This document shows positions 9,648 through 19,535 of a stretch of 64,000 nucleotides of DNA, one piece after another (within the stretch, counting starts at the first letter, position 1; every line of letters starts with the position of its first letter). The notes beneath the pieces were generated by a model. That model did no database searches, was not told the origin of the DNA, and saw only the letters and a list, made by a program, of their open reading frames with translations. The position numbers and the translations under genes were made by a program. Origin of the DNA: an uncultured delta proteobacterium (GTDB taxonomy: Bacteria > Desulfobacterota > Binatia > UBA9968); NCBI GenBank assembly GCA_963816145.1, contig CAWFJP010000017.1:192001-256000 (forward strand). The letters are read 5' to 3'.

Positions 9648-10073
9648 CTAAACCGTGATCCGTGTGTTGCGTAGCCGGCCCCTGTAGCGCAGCGGTTCAC
9701 GGATGCGTCTTTGGGGACCATTGCCGACCGCTGTTTGGTTGCGCCAGCGCGTCAATCCTTTGCGCAAATAACTCGCATCGAGCTGCAACGCCTCGCAAAC
9801 AAGCTCGAAGGAATAGAGTGCTTGACCGTTGCCGCTAAAAATCCATGCCTCGGCCTCTTGGAAGATCTTGCGGCAACGCCGGCTCTTGGCACCGGCGCAT
9901 TTCTGCAAACACTCAATCGCGTTGGTCAAAACCGCGAACATCAGTTTCATTTCCGGTAGCAAGTGATCTCGTCGCTGAATTGTTTTCGAATATTCAAACG
10001 ATGTCAGGACATCCGGTTCCAAATAATCTCTGATTCTAAATAGCTGAGCGGTGCTGCGTGCGGTTGATTCCAT
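9648..10073 (-). CDS. Conserved hypothetical protein (EPDxL / PExKLMxAVL / FxEAExWI / SFExVCEAL pattern)
   Basis: Protein-like ORF with a GAGGAGGAG RBS before MESTAR, preceded by a sigma54-type promoter. Confidence 0.7.
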   Translation of the reverse strand: MESTARSTAQLFRIRDYLEPDVLTSFEYSKTIQRRDHLLPEMKLMFAVLTNAIECLQKCAGAKSRRCRKIFQEAEAWIFSGNGQALYSFELVCEALQLDASYLRKGLTRWRNQTAVGNGPQRRIREPLRYRGRLRNTRITV

Positions 10074-10100
10074 TAACTCCTCCTCAGTTGCGGCCCTACC

Positions 10101-10115
10101 GCAAGAAACGAACCA
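10101..10115 (-). promoter_or_regulatory. Putative sigma54 (-24/-12) promoter
   Basis: Minus strand TGGTTCGTTTCTTGC has GG-N10-GC spacing, about 30 bp upstream of the 10073 start. A TGT-N10-ACA palindrome (TTGTAAATACGCTCACAA) lies at about 10151-10168. Confidence 0.55.
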
Positions 10116-10345
10116 GCAACGTAAGAGGCGGAAAAACATTCGCTATTTGTTGTAAATACGCTCACAAGATTGACTCGGCGACTGGTTTGCGTGTCGGATC
10201 TTTACAGGACGCGATCAGAACCGCGGATCGTGTATAAAAAATGCACACCCGGGACCACAAGTCACCGCTGACCCAAAATAAACCTTTGAAGGATTAGAAA
10301 CTTAGATGAGCTTTCTGCGGATGGCTGTGCGCAGGAAATGCACAG

Positions 10346-11710
10346 TCAGGCCAATAGATGTCTGGACATTTTATTGTAAAGTGCGCGCCGGCTGATACCG
10401 AGTACCAATGCAGCTTGTTTTTTATTGCCGTTTACCGAAGCGAGAGTTAGCTGGATGAGTTCTTTTTCGACGGCGCCCAGGGTTAGACCAATTGACGAGG
10501 AGCTCAAGACTTCACTGCTTCGACCGCCGCTGAGCGACAGATTCTTGATTCTTTGCGGCACCAGATCCGGCGTAAGCTCGTTGCCGTCTGCCATCAGTAC
10601 CGCGGTCTGGACGACGTTTTTCAACTCACGGACATTACCAGGCCATGGATAATGACGCAGCAGCCGATAAGTTTCTGGCGAGACTTTATCAATTTCTTTT
10701 TCATAAAGCTTGGCGAACGACGCGACAAAATGATCGGTGAGGACATTCACGGCGCCGGGACGATCGCGCAGCGCGGGAACGGCGATATGAAAAACGTTCA
10801 AGCGATAAAAAAGGTCCTCGCGAAAGCGTTTTTCGGCAACACTCTTTTCGAGATCTTCGTTGGCAGCGGCAATAATTCTGACATCGGCGGAAATGGTTTT
10901 AACGCCGCCGACGCGGCGAAACGATTTTTCCTCGAGGACGCGCAGCAAACTGATTTGAGTCTTACCATCCATGGTGGCGATCTCATCGAGAAATACCGTG
11001 CCACCCTGGGCTTGCTCGAAAATGCCGGGCCGGGAGTCCTGTGCCCCTGTGTAAGCACCCCTTTCGTGGCCGAAAATTTCACTGGCGATAAGTTCGGGCG
11101 CCATTGCGCCGGTGTTGATCGCCACGAAGGGTTTGTCTTTTCGTTGACTCCGCCGATGGATTCCAGACGCCAGCAGATCTTTCCCTGTACCCGTCTCGCC
11201 GGTGATGAGCACGGGAACATCGACGTTGGCCGCCTCCAAGGCGCGTCGCACGACGGCGCGCATGGGTAAACTAACCGTGATCATACCCTCGAATTCGATC
11301 GGAACATCGAACAGGGTTTCCGCCGCGGGACGCCCGTTCCGGCGGGACTGGCAGGGAAGAAAGCGCTCGACCAAACGCGCCCACTCCTGTTCGTCGGTGG
11401 GCTCTTGTTCGACGTGAAAATTCTCGCAAGGAGGAACTAAGCCGAGCCGACCTGCCGCGCTTGTGAGAACCAAGATTTTTGTCCGCACGGCCATCGCGGC
11501 GAGTTGAGGAAGCGTATTCTCCAGATCGCCAAACTCGCGCCCCGCAGGACCAGCGGCGCACCACACAACCAGATTAAATTTGTGACGGCTCAGCTTGTCT
11601 CGAGCCGCTTTCAAGCAGGGAACCGTTTCCAGTTTCACTGCTCCGCGTAGTTGGGCTTGCAACGAACTTGGCAACGATGAATCGGGGGCGACAATTAGTA
11701 CACAGGCCAT
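10346..11710 (-). CDS. Sigma54-dependent enhancer-binding protein (AAA+ and Fis-type HTH) with degenerate N-terminal receiver
   Basis: Walker [47 protein letters not shown] and HTH NKKQAALVLGISRRALYNKM. Confidence 0.92.
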   Translation of the reverse strand: MACVLIVAPDSSLPSSLQAQLRGAVKLETVPCLKAARDKLSRHKFNLVVWCAAGPAGREFGDLENTLPQLAAMAVRTKILVLTSAAGRLGLVPPCENFHVEQEPTDEQEWARLVERFLPCQSRRNGRPAAETLFDVPIEFEGMITVSLPMRAVVRRALEAANVDVPVLITGETGTGKDLLASGIHRRSQRKDKPFVAINTGAMAPELIASEIFGHERGAYTGAQDSRPGIFEQAQGGTVFLDEIATMDGKTQISLLRVLEEKSFRRVGGVKTISADVRIIAAANEDLEKSVAEKRFREDLFYRLNVFHIAVPALRDRPGAVNVLTDHFVASFAKLYEKEIDKVSPETYRLLRHYPWPGNVRELKNVVQTAVLMADGNELTPDLVPQRIKNLSLSGGRSSEVLSSSSIGLTLGAVEKELIQLTLASVNGNKKQAALVLGISRRALYNKMSRHLLA

Positions 11711-11741
11711 AAGCAGTCTCGTGATGTTATGCCGTCCAGAT

Positions 11742-11948
11742 CTACGACTATAGTCTTATCAATATACTCGCCTCAGTTTCAGTAGTCACGTGAAGAACAA
11801 CACCAAATATATCCTTCAGTGCTCGCTCAATATATCAAAGTATATGACAACGCAACAGTTATTAAGGATTTTTTTTAAGAGAAGAACGCCTCCGCCATGA
11901 TAAAACCGGATCATTATCGATCGCGAAGAGCTACGACTATAGTCTTAT
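11742..11948. repeat. Two identical 18-bp near-palindromic operators CTACGACTATAGTCTTAT (11742-11759 and 11931-11948)
   Basis: Exact direct repeat containing the perfect palindrome GACTATAGTC, upstream of the enhancer-binding protein gene. Confidence 0.8.
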
Positions 11949-12045
11949 AACGGGGCAAAAGTTGGACCGAGGGATTTGGTATCCGGATACAGCGGCGAAT
12001 CCGACCGATCTATTGAGAATAAAGCAGTTCAAACGAGACTCGTTA

Positions 12046-13515
12046 TTAATTAGTCTTCGGCAGGTTAACAATATTTAGCATCAACTCGGCGATTATCTTT
12101 CGGTAGGCGCGTCGCGCTTTATTGCCGTAAAACACACGGTGAGAGGGCATTTCAAAATGAAGGCTTCTCTTCGCGAGTTTCAAGATTCCATCTTCTTTGG
12201 CGGCCCAAGCGCCGATGGCAACCTGATCGACAGGCTCGATCACTAAGTTTGCTTTCACGACATCTGGAAAATCCCGCAATACTCGATCACGGATCTGCCC
12301 ATATGTCATTTTGATCGCCTCGGCCTGGGGCCGGGTAATCCCGACTGTTGCCACGTCGATGTCATCGACCTCGCCGTTCTGGTGCATATCAATATACAGA
12401 TTCAACGGGCCACGAGCCGCTTTGATGACCGCAGCGGAATAGCGCCGGTAAACTTCTGCCGCACGTTCGGTCTTGCGTTCGATGGTGTCCGTCGGGTAGC
12501 GGCGCTCACTGGGCCGATTGACGTTAATACGCCATCCGCCACATTCGGTGGGTGTGAAACCTCGCGTAATCACCGCTGGCAACGAGGTCCGATAACTCAG
12601 CTCTTCAACCAACTCGCCGGTATACCAGTCGAAACTCCCGTGGGGCGCCCCTATGACTATCCCCCGGCGATCGTCGCGCGCGGCGATCGAGTCGATCCGG
12701 CCAAGCGGCATCGACGTCACTTCGATTTGTCGGCTTGGCACCCCGTTGTCCGTTGAAATCGACCTAGCCGCGCTTACCCAAGCGGCCAAAATCTTCTGGT
12801 ACACGGCTCGGACGGGTGCTTCCGCAAGTACGCTCGGAATCCGCAAGATCATGCCGCGTCGTGCCAGCATCAAAACGCCATGGTTCTTAACGCCGTCGCT
12901 ATCCCACGATATCTCGTCCAAAGGGTTGAGCGCGATTTCGACGCGTGGCAGATTCCCGCTGGCAATCAACGGATCGCGAATCTGCGCGTAGGACTCTTTC
13001 AAAATCTCGAGCTGCTCAAAACTAAGGCCCGCCGAAGCAACTTCGATGCGCTGAGCAGGGTTGGTTCTATTGGGGGCGCGCAGACCGAAGTAAAACTCTA
13101 TCGGACCATCAACGGTGGAGCCCAGTAGCGTGCGAAATTCGGTGTAAACGCTGTCTCGACCCACACCATCCGCTGCTGACCAAGAGATTTGACTCGTGTG
13201 AATCAGCGGCTGTGAAACTGGAATCCGTTTATTCTCGAAGTCATAAGCAACCACTAGACCCGCGTCCAAATGATCACGAATCGTGTCGGCGTATTTGATG
13301 GCTGTGGGTTCGGTGACACCCCGCGGAACCCCAATCACCGTGCGCTCAAGGTGGGACGGGGAAATGCGAAATTCGAAATACCCCAATTCACCAATTGACC
13401 GCCTCTGGAGCGGCTGCTGGAGGAAGCAGCCGCTCCAGAGTATAAGAGCCACCGCGACAAACAACCGCCGGGAGGCACCGCCGGTTGGCAAGTAGGACGT
13501 CACGCGGCTCGCCAA
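12046..13515 (-). CDS. Putative lipoprotein with tandem-duplicated Zn-hydrolase-like (N-formylglutamate amidohydrolase-like) domains
   Basis: Lipobox-like LWSGC. The C-terminal copy has GAPHG, INVNRP, YIDMHQN and LHFE; the N-terminal copy aligns but lacks these His/Asp residues. Confidence 0.55.
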   Translation of the reverse strand: MASRVTSYLPTGGASRRLFVAVALILWSGCFLQQPLQRRSIGELGYFEFRISPSHLERTVIGVPRGVTEPTAIKYADTIRDHLDAGLVVAYDFENKRIPVSQPLIHTSQISWSAADGVGRDSVYTEFRTLLGSTVDGPIEFYFGLRAPNRTNPAQRIEVASAGLSFEQLEILKESYAQIRDPLIASGNLPRVEIALNPLDEISWDSDGVKNHGVLMLARRGMILRIPSVLAEAPVRAVYQKILAAWVSAARSISTDNGVPSRQIEVTSMPLGRIDSIAARDDRRGIVIGAPHGSFDWYTGELVEELSYRTSLPAVITRGFTPTECGGWRINVNRPSERRYPTDTIERKTERAAEVYRRYSAAVIKAARGPLNLYIDMHQNGEVDDIDVATVGITRPQAEAIKMTYGQIRDRVLRDFPDVVKANLVIEPVDQVAIGAWAAKEDGILKLAKRSLHFEMPSHRVFYGNKARRAYRKIIAELMLNIVNLPKTN

Positions 13516-13561
13516 GATCCTTCTTTAGAGACGATTCATCTGATCGCTCTGCGTCCAAACC

Positions 13562-15079
13562 CTAAAACGTGTAACGCCAGTTGAGCAGCACGTCCACCCA
13601 GTCACCGCCAGCACCCGACCGGCAATTTGTAGTTGTTGAGCTGGTCTTGTGGCACAAACCTAAATTATACCCGGCCTGGCCGACTCGGTTGTCCAAATTC
13701 GCCGCGTCATACCAAAGGAAGTTCACGCCCATGCTCATGCGCGGGGCGATGAAATACCATAAATCCCATTCTCTCAAGAGAACGCGGTTGCGGTGGAATT
13801 GCGGCAAATGACCGGTAGTGCAGCCGCCTGTCTCGCAGGTCGTTGAGAAACTGGCCCGCTCAAAGTGCGTGCCCACCAGAACCGAGCCAGTTTGAGTCGA
13901 CGATCCGGTCAAGAAACCCTTAGGGCTCCAGAGAAACAAGTCATGACCGATCAGAAAACCATTCGATCGCTTCTTGCCGGGACGACTGCCATTGTCATGG
14001 CTCTGGACAAAATTACCCATGGCCCGCAAGGTGTAGGGCCCGACGTTCCACACGACACCAGGTCCCATCGACGTAGTCAGCCCGGAGCCAATGCTGTTCG
14101 CTCCGGTGTCAAACAGGACCTGTCGGCCGCCGTCACCATGATCCTGCAGCCGATAGCGGTTGCAACCGTTCTGAACACCTGCTCGGTTGTCGTTGTTACA
14201 GAACCAGCTGCCGTACTCGAAGGTTAGGCCGTTGATCCACTTGTTCTTGACTTGCGAGAAGGGCTGGACCGACATGTACAGGTTGAAGTCCTTACGGTCA
14301 GTCAGGGTCTGCGTGCCGTCGTCGCCTTCGGCGATGTTCGCCATGCCGAATTGAAACCGGCGCAATCTACCAGGAATGCCGATGGTGCTCAGCGATCTGT
14401 CATCCCAGTTAAGCTCGAAACCGCTACCCGCGCGACCCGTGTTGAAGCCGTTATTGCGGCTGGCGAGATCATATTCCGCCTGCGCGCCGATGGCGCCGGA
14501 GCCCTGACGGGCCAAGCTGCCGCCGGCGGCATTTTGGGTTTCCATGCCGAACTGCACAGTCGGCAACCATGGGCTGATGTCTTCGCCATGGAAGTAGACT
14601 GCGCCGCGCTGCAACATGGAATTGACGCCGGTGCCCTGGTTGTTCTTGCCGTTGCCGTTGCCCCAACCGTCGAGGTCGAGAGTCGCCTCAAATTCCCACA
14701 AGCAGTTGTTGAGGCAGTAGAACACACCGGGACGGAAACGCCGGCCATAGAGCTGGCCGTTCGTCCGACCCTGCTGGTCGAGGCCGGATTCAAAGTCCAA
14801 GCGGAAGTGGGATTCCAAGGTAAACCGCAATCCCCAAGCCTTATCCGCCGCTTCGATACTCACACCGTTGCCTGGCCGATACGAAAACGAGGGCATCGCT
14901 GCCGCCGCCGCCGTGGCCTCCTTTTTCAGCTCGATCTGTTGCTCCTCGAGCTGCGACAACTTGTCGCGCAACTGTTGAATTTCCCTGTCTACCTCGGCTT
15001 GACCGTAAGAATCATTCGGCGCGGCAAGCCCCACACCGATGATTGCCATAAGCACCAAACTCGCCCATCTCCGCATCAT
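13562..15079 (-). CDS. Outer-membrane beta-barrel porin (OprO/OprP-like architecture)
   Basis: Signal peptide, N-terminal coiled coil, amphipathic beta strands, C-terminal WRYTF beta-signal; GGAGG RBS. Confidence 0.75.
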   Translation of the reverse strand: MMRRWASLVLMAIIGVGLAAPNDSYGQAEVDREIQQLRDKLSQLEEQQIELKKEATAAAAAMPSFSYRPGNGVSIEAADKAWGLRFTLESHFRLDFESGLDQQGRTNGQLYGRRFRPGVFYCLNNCLWEFEATLDLDGWGNGNGKNNQGTGVNSMLQRGAVYFHGEDISPWLPTVQFGMETQNAAGGSLARQGSGAIGAQAEYDLASRNNGFNTGRAGSGFELNWDDRSLSTIGIPGRLRRFQFGMANIAEGDDGTQTLTDRKDFNLYMSVQPFSQVKNKWINGLTFEYGSWFCNNDNRAGVQNGCNRYRLQDHGDGGRQVLFDTGANSIGSGLTTSMGPGVVWNVGPYTLRAMGNFVQSHDNGSRPGKKRSNGFLIGHDLFLWSPKGFLTGSSTQTGSVLVGTHFERASFSTTCETGGCTTGHLPQFHRNRVLLREWDLWYFIAPRMSMGVNFLWYDAANLDNRVGQAGYNLGLCHKTSSTTTNCRSGAGGDWVDVLLNWRYTF

Positions 15080-15279
15080 ATTTCTACCTCCCATTGATTT
15101 TTTCTGACGTTTGTTAACCGCTTCTCCCATGATAATGCGCACACACCCGTGCTCGTTTTTCGCACGCGATGCCAATCGCAACTGACTCAAACAACACCCA
15201 TGCATCGCAGCACGATCGAAAACCTGCCGTTGGCTTCGCGTTTGAAAAACAATGATTCAGTAAAGTCGCAGACCCCTAG

Positions 15280-15295
15280 AGCAAGCGTCGTGCCC
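15280..15295 (-). promoter_or_regulatory. Sigma54 (-24/-12) promoter of the porin gene
   Basis: Minus strand GGGCACGACGCTTGCT is near consensus TGGCACG-N4-TTGCW. An IHF-like site AATCGA-TGAC-TTG lies at 15325-15337. Confidence 0.75.
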
Positions 15296-15643
15296 AATTC
15301 AGAAACGAAGCGGAAAGCGAATTTAATCGATGACTTGGAGAAATTCACCGTCACCGCATATGTGGCTAGATCAGCTTACCTGTGAATTAACTTTACAGAG
15401 AGAAGTTTGATGTGCAGATAGTTTACCAAGACGCGCGTTCGCTAAAGAGCCACTGTGAAGGAAGTGTACAACTGCCTGACCGGCCTTATGATGCACAGCA
15501 AAAGACTTGATGCGAGACGCTGCGAGTGTCGTTGGAGTTGGCGATTCTGTTAGGAAGGTGTCGCTAGCGTGGCTTGGAATGATCTAGAAATCTGATCGGC
15601 CGCGTTTTTAAGAACAACCCATGGGCAGACTGCCCGGTCGTCA

Positions 15644-16189
15644 TTACGCGTCCTTCGACTTGAGCAGCTCTTTGAACTGCTTGTGCAGCTTGGTCATTTT
15701 CGGCGGGATCATGTATTGGCAATAGCCCTGCGAAGGATTGTTCGCGTAAAATTTCTGGTGGTAGTCCTCGGCGGGATAGAACTCGGTGAGCGGCTCCAAG
15801 GTTGTGACTATGGAGTTCTTGAAGGTCTTCGCGGCGTCCAACTCTTTGATAAACGCCGCCGCTTCTTCTTTCTGTTTATCGTCGCCGTAAAAAATCGCCG
15901 AGCGATATTGCGTGCCGACATCATTGCCCTGGCGGTTTAACGTCGTTGGATCGTGGGTGGCGAAGAAAACGGTCATGAGATCACGAAACGAAACTTCGGC
16001 CGGGTCGAATTCGATCTTGATCACCTCGGCGTGGCCGGTGTTGCCCATGCATACCTGCTCGTAGGTCGGGTTCTTGTTCTTGCCGCCGGCGTAGCCGGAG
16101 ACCACAGACTTGACGCCGCGCAGTTCGTCAAACACCGCTTCGGTACACCAAAAACAGCCGCCGCCGAAAACCGCAACTTGATGACTCAT
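15644..16189 (-). CDS. msrA: Peptide-methionine (S)-S-oxide reductase
   Basis: [24 protein letters not shown] and AEDYHQ motifs. Confidence 0.97.
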   Translation of the reverse strand: MSHQVAVFGGGCFWCTEAVFDELRGVKSVVSGYAGGKNKNPTYEQVCMGNTGHAEVIKIEFDPAEVSFRDLMTVFFATHDPTTLNRQGNDVGTQYRSAIFYGDDKQKEEAAAFIKELDAAKTFKNSIVTTLEPLTEFYPAEDYHQKFYANNPSQGYCQYMIPPKMTKLHKQFKELLKSKDA

Positions 16190-17148
16190 TTGCCCCCCAG
16201 TTCCTGGTTGACCTCACGCTGCAGCGTGAAGTCGAAAATCTTCGCCGGCGCGATCGGTGCGATCAAACCGAGAATTTCGGCGTCACCCTTCAGATGTTCG
16301 GCGATCTCAGCGTCCGTCGGAATCCCGTTGGTGGTAAACGCTGCGCGCGACAATCGGTAGGTTTCTAAAGCCGTGTTGATATCCACGTTCAAATACTTGG
16401 CCAATATTTCCGCGCTGCCTTTCTCATTCTGGTGGAAATAGCGATTTCCCTTGGCCCGCGCCCGGAGAATCTTCTTGGACAGTGGATCGCGGACGTTTTT
16501 ATCCAGCACCGCCAGGCCATTTTGCAGGCTGCTGAATTCGTCGATGGCGCTAGCCAAGATATTCAATTTGTACTTGTCGCGCGCGACGATGACGATCGGC
16601 GGCGAAAGGATGCCGACCTGGATCGAGCCATTGACCAAACCTTGCAATTGCGTCGGCACATCGCCGCCCAATACAACGGTCACATCTTTGTCCGGGTTGA
16701 GTCCCGCGCGCCGCAGCATGCGAATGCCCGCGGTGTGCTGACTGCCGCCCAGAGTCGTTGTGCCCATCACTTTACCCTTGAGATCGGCAAAAGTCTTCAA
16801 TTCAGGCCTACTGACCAGCCAAAATACCGGCCGGCGCAAACTGATCGCCAACACTTTCACCGGCGCGCCGCGCGGAATCGCGCGGATCACGCTGCCCACC
16901 GAACCGAGTGCATTAACCTCGCCGGATACTAGCGCGGCGATCGCCGCCGTCGCGCGTACTTGCACTAGCTGCGGATCGAGACCCTCCTCGCGGAAAAAAC
17001 CACGTTCCTGCGCCACAAAGAGATCGATCGACGCGATGCTGCGGCTGGAATAAGTTACCACCACCTTTTGCAGTGGAGTCTGCGCCAAGCCCGGCGCTGG
17101 CGCGGAAATAACCATAAGTAGAACCAATTGAGCCATCACAAACCGCAT
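16186..17148 (-). CDS. NitT/TauT-family ABC substrate-binding protein
   Basis: Signal peptide; [13 protein letters not shown] and DLKGK motifs. Confidence 0.85.
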   Translation of the reverse strand: MRFVMAQLVLLMVISAPAPGLAQTPLQKVVVTYSSRSIASIDLFVAQERGFFREEGLDPQLVQVRATAAIAALVSGEVNALGSVGSVIRAIPRGAPVKVLAISLRRPVFWLVSRPELKTFADLKGKVMGTTTLGGSQHTAGIRMLRRAGLNPDKDVTVVLGGDVPTQLQGLVNGSIQVGILSPPIVIVARDKYKLNILASAIDEFSSLQNGLAVLDKNVRDPLSKKILRARAKGNRYFHQNEKGSAEILAKYLNVDINTALETYRLSRAAFTTNGIPTDAEIAEHLKGDAEILGLIAPIAPAKIFDFTLQREVNQELGGK

Positions 17149-17248
17149 GCGGCGATCATCGCTTGCGCGCCACCGAAGTTCAAGACTCCCGGCTATTAGA
17201 CACCGATTCGCCAGGAAAAATTACTTTGTTCGACCCTTGGCGAAACTG

Positions 17249-17674
17249 TCAACTCTGCTTCGCCCAATTGATGATCAGCTCGCGCTCGGCAGGGGAGAGT
17301 TTAGCTTCGGGATGAAGCGGCAAATAATAAAATAGCGGCATGCCACCTTTTTCGACTTGCTTGGCGATTTCCTTGAGTTTGCGCGCTTTGCGCTTTTCGT
17401 CATACTTTTCCCAGGTGGAGAAGTTTACCTCTTTGCGGCCGTTCTTCACATCCCGGGCGATCAGCAGCGATCCCGGCGCGATCTGAGAATACCAAGGCCA
17501 GACCGTTTCATTCGAATGGCAGTCGAAACAGGCGCGGCGCAAAAGCACCTGCACCTCACCTGGCGCCGCGGCCGCGCCGCGCTCCGGTGGATTGCGCTTG
17601 TCCGCCGGAATCAATTGGATCCCGATCAAGATGACGATTAGTGCTAAGCCCAGTCGTTTGAAAAACTGCTTCAT
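17249..17674 (-). CDS. Heme-binding-domain c-type cytochrome (Haem_bd type)
   Basis: CFDCH heme motif, WPWYS, GRKEVNFS and MP...Y...HP. Confidence 0.85.
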   Translation of the reverse strand: MKQFFKRLGLALIVILIGIQLIPADKRNPPERGAAAAPGEVQVLLRRACFDCHSNETVWPWYSQIAPGSLLIARDVKNGRKEVNFSTWEKYDEKRKARKLKEIAKQVEKGGMPLFYYLPLHPEAKLSPAERELIINWAKQS

Positions 17675-17750
17675 AGGTATTCGACGTATCAGGAATGCTT
17701 GTCTTAGAATCGTTTATCGATCCAGACGCGCACATAATCATAGAAGTTTT

Positions 17751-18531
17751 TCACCGAGTTGCCATATTGCCCCGGCGACGATTCGCACGGGGCACCGGCA
17801 GATGGCAGGGCGGTGAATTGTTACTCGAACAGTGATCGATACCGTCCATGGAATCCGTGGCGCGCACGGCGTTGGCGCTGAGAAACGATTTTACAGTCAA
17901 AAGGCGCGTGCCATTCTCGAACTGTCCGTTCTGCCGCGCCGCTTGCAGATTCGGCACCCGTACGCTTTTGACGATCTCGGTTACCACCGTGCCATCATTT
18001 TTGATCAACTTGCGCGGCTTAACGGTGCCCGGATGAATGCTCATGTCGAGTTGCACCAAGCGCGCGTTTTCGCCCCGCACTACCACAAACGCATCGTCAT
18101 CGGGGTAATCGTATTTGCCGTCCTTCATCTGCCGTTGCATGGCCAAGGCTTTTTCTATCAACCGGTTCATGCGCTCGGCCTGGGCGCGAAAATATTTCTT
18201 TTTGAATTCTTCAGAAAAGGTCGACGGCCCTTTGGAGTTGTAGCCGTTTTTCGGATTGAACGGATCAAGATCAGGATTGATCAAATTGGGACGGCTCTCG
18301 TCGGTAACCGCCGGGTTGAGGTTACGAATGCCGTTCACCGGATTCCCGGATGGGCATCCACAAGAATCAGGCCGTCAGCACGCGGCAGTCCGGCGAGCTA
18401 ATTGCCGCACTGCACTAATCGTCGTTGCAGCCATTGCCGCGTTCCGGCGGATTGCTCCGCGCTCTGGCAAAACTGCGCCACGACTAGGGCAGTAATTTGG
18501 CCAACACCGATTGTTTAAGCCATTTTCCCAT
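17751..18531 (-). pseudogene. Degraded secreted alpha/beta-hydrolase-like gene
   Basis: Signal-like MGKWLKQ...P*SW...ARSNP, then LVQCGN*LAGLPRADGLILVDAHP, a frameshift into GNPVNGIRNL, and a divergent end after CSSNNS. Two in-frame stops, a frameshift and apparent large deletions. Confidence 0.65.
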
Positions 18532-18631
18532 CTTTGGACATTCTTTAGACTCTCGCTTAGAAGCGTTTATTATCCCGTCGCGCACGTAATCGTAAAAATT
18601 CTTCACCGAATTTCCCTCACCCGCGCGGTCG

Positions 18632-19510
18632 CTAGAGCATCGACATCTCATAACCTCTGCTCCCGGCCTGTTCGGCGGAAAAAAGCTTCCACGAGTCGAT
18701 CCACTTGCGCGTCCGCTCGAAAACTTCTTTCGGATAGCTCTCGAAGACCAACCGCTCGCCCGGGCCAAACATGCGCACGTCGACGGCGCTGTGGTAGCGC
18801 TCGGGAAGCTCGTTCAAAAAATAGTGCTTGTAGACTTCCGGCGCCATATCGATTTCCTGCTGGCTGCGCCGCAGCGCTTTGAAGAAACGTTCCACGTCGC
18901 TCTGGTTCGCATCCGGCGCAATCAGGTGGCCGATCATGAACGTCGTGTCGACGATCTTGCGAAAGCCGAGTTGTTCCGCAACGTAGAAGGGCGCCCCGAA
19001 CAGACTCGCCGCCGCAACTTTGCGATCCACCAACAGCGCCAGCCGGTCCAGCAGCAAACCGGCAAAGTTGAGCTTGATCTCATCGCGCTTGAGGAACTCT
19101 TCCAAATACTGCAGCGTCGAATAATGACTGCCGGAGTGATATCCGACGGTGACGGGTATGTGCGCCAGATCCTGAGGTGTTTTTATCGGCGAATCCGGCG
19201 GCACAAAGACTCCCGAGGGCGACACCGAGTAGCAGCCGCCCCACATCCTGCCGTGTCCGGCGGACGCCGCCATGTTGACAGTCCAGTGACAGGCCGCGCT
19301 TAAATCGCAACCGCGACCGCCTTCAATCGATTCGAAGGCTCCCCGCTGGATCTCCGGCGGCGCCGTCTCGACGACCTGAACATGCGCCGACCAGGTGGCG
19401 ATCGGCTTTACCAGGAATTCGTAATCCAATCCCTCCTCGCGAAAGTAGCCTTTTTCTTCTGCCACCCACTCTTGCAATCGTCCATGCGACTGAATGCGGA
19501 ATTTTCCCAT
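18632..19510 (-). CDS. NMT1/THI5-like periplasmic-binding-fold protein without signal peptide
   Basis: WVAEEKGYFREEGL, SPIKTPQDL and VGYHSGSH motifs; starts MGKFRIQ with no hydrophobic leader. Confidence 0.75.
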   Translation of the reverse strand: MGKFRIQSHGRLQEWVAEEKGYFREEGLDYEFLVKPIATWSAHVQVVETAPPEIQRGAFESIEGGRGCDLSAACHWTVNMAASAGHGRMWGGCYSVSPSGVFVPPDSPIKTPQDLAHIPVTVGYHSGSHYSTLQYLEEFLKRDEIKLNFAGLLLDRLALLVDRKVAAASLFGAPFYVAEQLGFRKIVDTTFMIGHLIAPDANQSDVERFFKALRRSQQEIDMAPEVYKHYFLNELPERYHSAVDVRMFGPGERLVFESYPKEVFERTRKWIDSWKLFSAEQAGSRGYEMSML

Positions 19511-19535
19511 GGCCGGCTCCCCTCGTGATTCTGTC

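Noticed and set aside
11742-11948. Direct repeat considered as a CRISPR remnant or attachment site
   Set aside because: Only two 18-bp copies with a 171-bp gap, and no cas or integrase genes; the palindromic form fits an operator better.
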